A stretch of DNA of 64,000 nucleotides from Aotus nancymaae (Eukaryota). The DNA is taken from positions 27,112,907 to 27,176,906 of the forward strand of contig NW_026988463.1 of the NCBI RefSeq assembly GCF_030222135.1. The letters run 5' to 3'. Below are positions 60,602 to 64,000 of the stretch, piece by piece. A model generated the notes under the pieces. The model searched no databases. It worked only from the letters and a program-made list of their open reading frames with translations, and was not told where the DNA came from. The translations under genes were made by a program, and so were the position numbers. Each line of letters begins with the position of its first letter. Positions within the stretch are counted from its first letter, which is position 1.

Positions 60602-60885
60602 CTGACGATGGCGCAGGTGGTGGGCGCGCGGGAGACCGGTGGCTTCTCTCCTCTTTCCCCCTCCAACGATTCCACCCCCCTCCCTTCGCCAGCGGCCGTT
60701 ATTTCGCGCGCACGCGCACAAGGCTGCCGTCGTTGCTAAGCGGGAGAATGGGGGAGCGCGCGTCGGGGGCACGGACAGGGCGGGGCTAATCCCTGAGCGC
60801 GCGCCCGCCTAACGGTTGCGCTCAAGCTTCGACTTTCGCTTTTTGCATCCTGCAGGCCACCGTCCTCCTCGCCCCGCTCCAGAGG

Positions 60886-60891
60886 TTTATT
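60886..60891 (-). promoter_or_regulatory. KIF22: KIF22 polyadenylation signal (AATAAA on the minus strand)
   Basis: TTTATT on the plus strand about 200 nt after the KIF22 stop codon. Confidence 0.65.
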
Positions 60892-61091
60892 TACAATCCT
60901 GCGCTGAGTGGGTCCCCGAAGATGGCGCCCAGCGGAGCCGTCGGCCGCACTGGCGGCCCACCCCGGGGCGGTCACATCCCGGTCCCGCCCCCGCAGCCCC
61001 AAAATTCAGGCGGAAGCACCAGAGCCAAAACTGTATTTACACAACACGGGCTTATACAAGGATTTAAAAAGGCGGAGTGAGGAAACGGCGG

Positions 61092-61139
61092 TCAAGACGG
61101 GTCACAGCGCTGGCCGGCGGCGAGACCCAGGATGTTCGC
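61092..61139 (-). CDS. KIF22: KIF22 last exon coding part (ANILGLAAGQRCDPS, stop TGA at 61094-61092); 3' UTR to about 60865
   Basis: Acceptor TTGCAG at 61141-61140; human KIF22 ends ...AAGQRCGAS. Confidence 0.8.
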   Translation of the reverse strand, partial: ANILGLAAGQRCDPS

Positions 61140-61228
61140 CTGCAACACAGGAAGGAGGGTGGGGACAGCGATGTTAGAAGGCCGCGGTGTGCAGAACAGG
61201 CAAAGGAGGGGCAGGGCTGTGACCTCAC

Positions 61229-61288
61229 CTTCAAGAAGGACTCCATCTGTTTCCCTGTTATGCCCTCCACGCGTTCCAGGTCCTCCAC
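61229..61288 (-). CDS. KIF22: KIF22 exon (VEDLERVEGITGKQMESFLK)
   Basis: Acceptor AG at 61290-61289, donor GTGAGG at 61228. Confidence 0.85.
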
Positions 61289-61367
61289 CTGGCGGGACAG
61301 GATCGGTAGGAGATGGTGTCTCGGGGGTGCCTGGTCTCCCCCATTCCCCACCCTCCCCCAGTCCTCA

Positions 61368-61637
<270 letters not shown>

Positions 61638-62369
61638 TTAGGGCTCCTCTGCCAAGACTAGCCCAGCACCAGCTACCTCCCCACGCTCCAGCCTCTTCCT
61701 CTCCTCAAGTGTCCCCAAAATCCTGCCCTTAGGTCACTCTGGGTTAATTCTCGTTATGCTACTAGTGAAAGAGAGGTACTACTTAGTACCAAGTAGTAGC
61801 ACCTTTCTCATGGAGTTACTGTGGCGGTCAAGTGTGTTAATGAATGTAAAGCACAAAATAAGCTATTAAATCTGGTCTCTCATCTCTAAAAAGGAAATAA
61901 GCTCTTTCAGAAGTACATGGGAGAATGTAATATGAATAAATGATACCTCCCTCAACCATCTGTTTTTCGGTAGTTGTAGTGGTGTTCAATTCTGGGCATG
62001 CTGGTGCGCGCGCATGTGTGTGGTTTCATTCTTGAGTGTTTAGGTCATCGTTCCCTAAGTCTTCCGTCTTAAGCTTGTAGATGGCAGAAGTCAAGCTACA
62101 CAGTGGACCTAGTTAAGTACCTACTGAGAGTAGCTATCAGGAAGGGAACACCCGCTCTGCTAGGTACATCCACATCACTGCCTTTCACGCTAAATGCCCT
62201 GCAAGGAGCCATCCATCGCCACATTCCAGGGGTAAGCAAGTTGAGGCCTGTAAATAGCTGGCGGCCATCACCCAGTGGGTTAACCCCAAGGCCAATGCTC
62301 CTCCCCCTAGAGCCTACTCCCCCTTACTTCTGGGGTCCAGGTGTAGCCTAAGCCCCCAGCTACTTTCAC

Positions 62370-62437
62370 CTTTCTCTTCCGGCCTTTATTCTTCAGGATA
62401 TGGATCTCGGCATTTGGGGATGCTGCCTGCTCTTGAA
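62370..62437 (-). CDS. KIF22: KIF22 exon ([23 protein letters not shown])
   Basis: Acceptor TTTCAG at 62439-62438, donor GTGAAA at 62369. Confidence 0.85.
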
Positions 62438-62826
62438 CTGAAAGCAGGAATTGATAATTGGAGTCAGGGCAGAGGCTACTTTTCATCCTCCCTGGTAGCC
62501 CCTCAGTTCTTCCACTTCTGATTCCCCAGTTCCCCTCCACCATGAGTTAACCTGTTGCGTCTCCACATGACCTTTTTTATACCTGTATTTGAAGTATCTC
62601 AGTCAGTCCTGCATTTTCATCAACTCTCTACTTGTCTGTCCATCCCACTGTACTAAACACCTGAGGGCAGAGCACCCCCAATGCTGCCTCAGAGCCTCCT
62701 CAGCCCTCCCTGGGACTGGCATATGATGGGAGAACATGAATGACATGGAGACAGCTGCTCCTAACACCTCCTCCCTTATGGGATCTCAGCTGCCTTGGCA
62801 CCCCCAGCCCCTGGAGTCAAACTTAC

Positions 62827-62995
62827 TTAGCTGTAGGGGCATCACCACAGCCTTTTTCAGGGGCTTTGCCACTGTGACTGTGCGATGCAAAAGGGGCCGG
62901 AGCATTGGGGGATAATGGTTCTCCTTTTCCTTTGAGTCTTCAGCCTTTTGGGCCAACACCTTGGCCTCCAGTTCTTTTTGCTTCATCTTAAGCCT
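62827..62995 (-). CDS. KIF22: KIF22 exon ([56 protein letters not shown])
   Basis: Acceptor AG at 62997-62996, donor GTAAGT at 62826. Confidence 0.85.
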
Positions 62996-63468
62996 CTGTT
63001 GGAAAGGATCAGGGAGATGTGATAACCCAGACCCAACTCCAGGGCAGCCTGAAAGGCAGTGGGTTACCAGGGTGTATATGCAAGGCTGAGGCCCCAGGGG
63101 GCAGAGCTAGGACCAATGGGAGAAGTTACCAGGAGTCAGGTGAAGCCTACCATAATTAAGGGCTTTCTGTGATCAGGGGGCTACTCAGAGGTGGAACAAG
63201 CCTCTTGCAGATATTGAAGGGAAAGGCTCTTCAAACAGAGAGTCCTCAATTAATTGAGCTGGGTTTTAGGAAATGTAATGTTTAACATTTGTTGCTTTTA
63301 CTTTGAACTTTTTCTTCTCACCCCCTCACATCTGATCTCAATTGTATGTCAAAAGTTCAGCCACGTTAAGGACATTCAGGCAGAAGCTGGAGAACTTCCA
63401 GTGTTGGGAGAAAACTGGACTCTCCCAGTCCAGCCTGTGTCCTTCCCTGTCACAATGATTGCTTCTCA

Positions 63469-63729
<261 letters not shown>

Positions 63730-64000
63730 CTACAGCAGCAGGACTCCCCTCACACCTTAACTTGGTATATCCTGTAGTTCCAGAATGTTAACTTGCTAGG
63801 TATCTAGTTTCTCTAGGTGCAATGTCTTCATCAGGTAAAGTGACTTCTCAGGGATGCCAGGATATCAGGCACACATTCAAGTGCCAGGTAGTAGAGATCT
63901 AAGACACTATCCAGCCCTGGAAGCACTCTGTCTACTGAAGAAATCAAGAGACCATGATAAGGTGACAGGGCAGTGCCTGTCCATTTGGAGTAGTTAGGGA

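Larger units (their letters stand above)
58200..60830. promoter_or_regulatory. MAZ: Very large CpG island over MAZ exons 1-2, its promoter and the KIF22 3' UTR (GC about 75-80%)
   Basis: Extreme GC content, with G-runs on the plus strand (C-runs on the MAZ strand). Both strands are stop-codon poor, which produces the long artefactual ORFs in the six-frame track. Confidence 0.8.

Noticed and set aside
59067-60605. 512-aa ORF on the plus strand (and 316-aa, 245-aa and 203-aa plus-strand ORFs nearby) rich in Arg, Gly, Ala and Pro
   Set aside because: This is antisense to MAZ exons 1-2 in an approximately 80% GC CpG island. Stop codons are AT-rich and so are statistically depleted. The sequence has low complexity, no codon periodicity and no homology I recognise.

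Overview
This window is primate (non-human, by amino-acid divergence from the human proteins) genomic DNA orthologous to the human 16p11.2 proximal (BP4-BP5) interval, seen in reverse orientation relative to the usual human reference. It carries six protein-coding genes, all recognisable from exon-by-exon translation and canonical GT-AG splice sites. CDIPT is complete on the + strand (6 coding exons, 213 aa). On the - strand, in tandem head-to-tail order from high to low coordinates, lie the 3' six exons of KIF22, MAZ (5 coding exons plus an upstream alternative first coding exon), PRRT2 (non-coding exon 1 plus 3 coding exons), PAGR1 (3 coding exons) and the whole of MVP (14 coding exons, 894 codons; a probable non-coding exon 1 roughly 10 kb upstream). 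Intergenic distances on the - strand are only about 0.3-0.9 kb, each gene has its own CpG-island promoter, and the PAGR1 poly(A) signal lies inside the presumed MVP promoter. Introns and intergenic DNA are saturated with about 70 Alu copies, including several nested Alu-in-Alu insertions and five near-identical young Alu copies with intact target-site duplications, plus one L1 3' fragment, several MIR fragments and a few microsatellites. There is no prokaryotic-style system here (no CRISPR, no operons) and no convincing unannotated protein-coding gene. The most notable observations are the upstream in-frame alternative MAZ first exon, the packing of PAGR1 against the MVP promoter, a MIR-derived CDIPT poly(A) signal, shortening of the PRRT2 cytosine homopolymer that is a human mutation hotspot, tandem or triplet repeats in the PRRT2 and MAZ 3' UTRs, and signs of recent lineage-specific Alu activity. 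Exon boundaries were derived by hand and may be off by 1-2 nt; Alu ends are approximate (about +/-10 bp).
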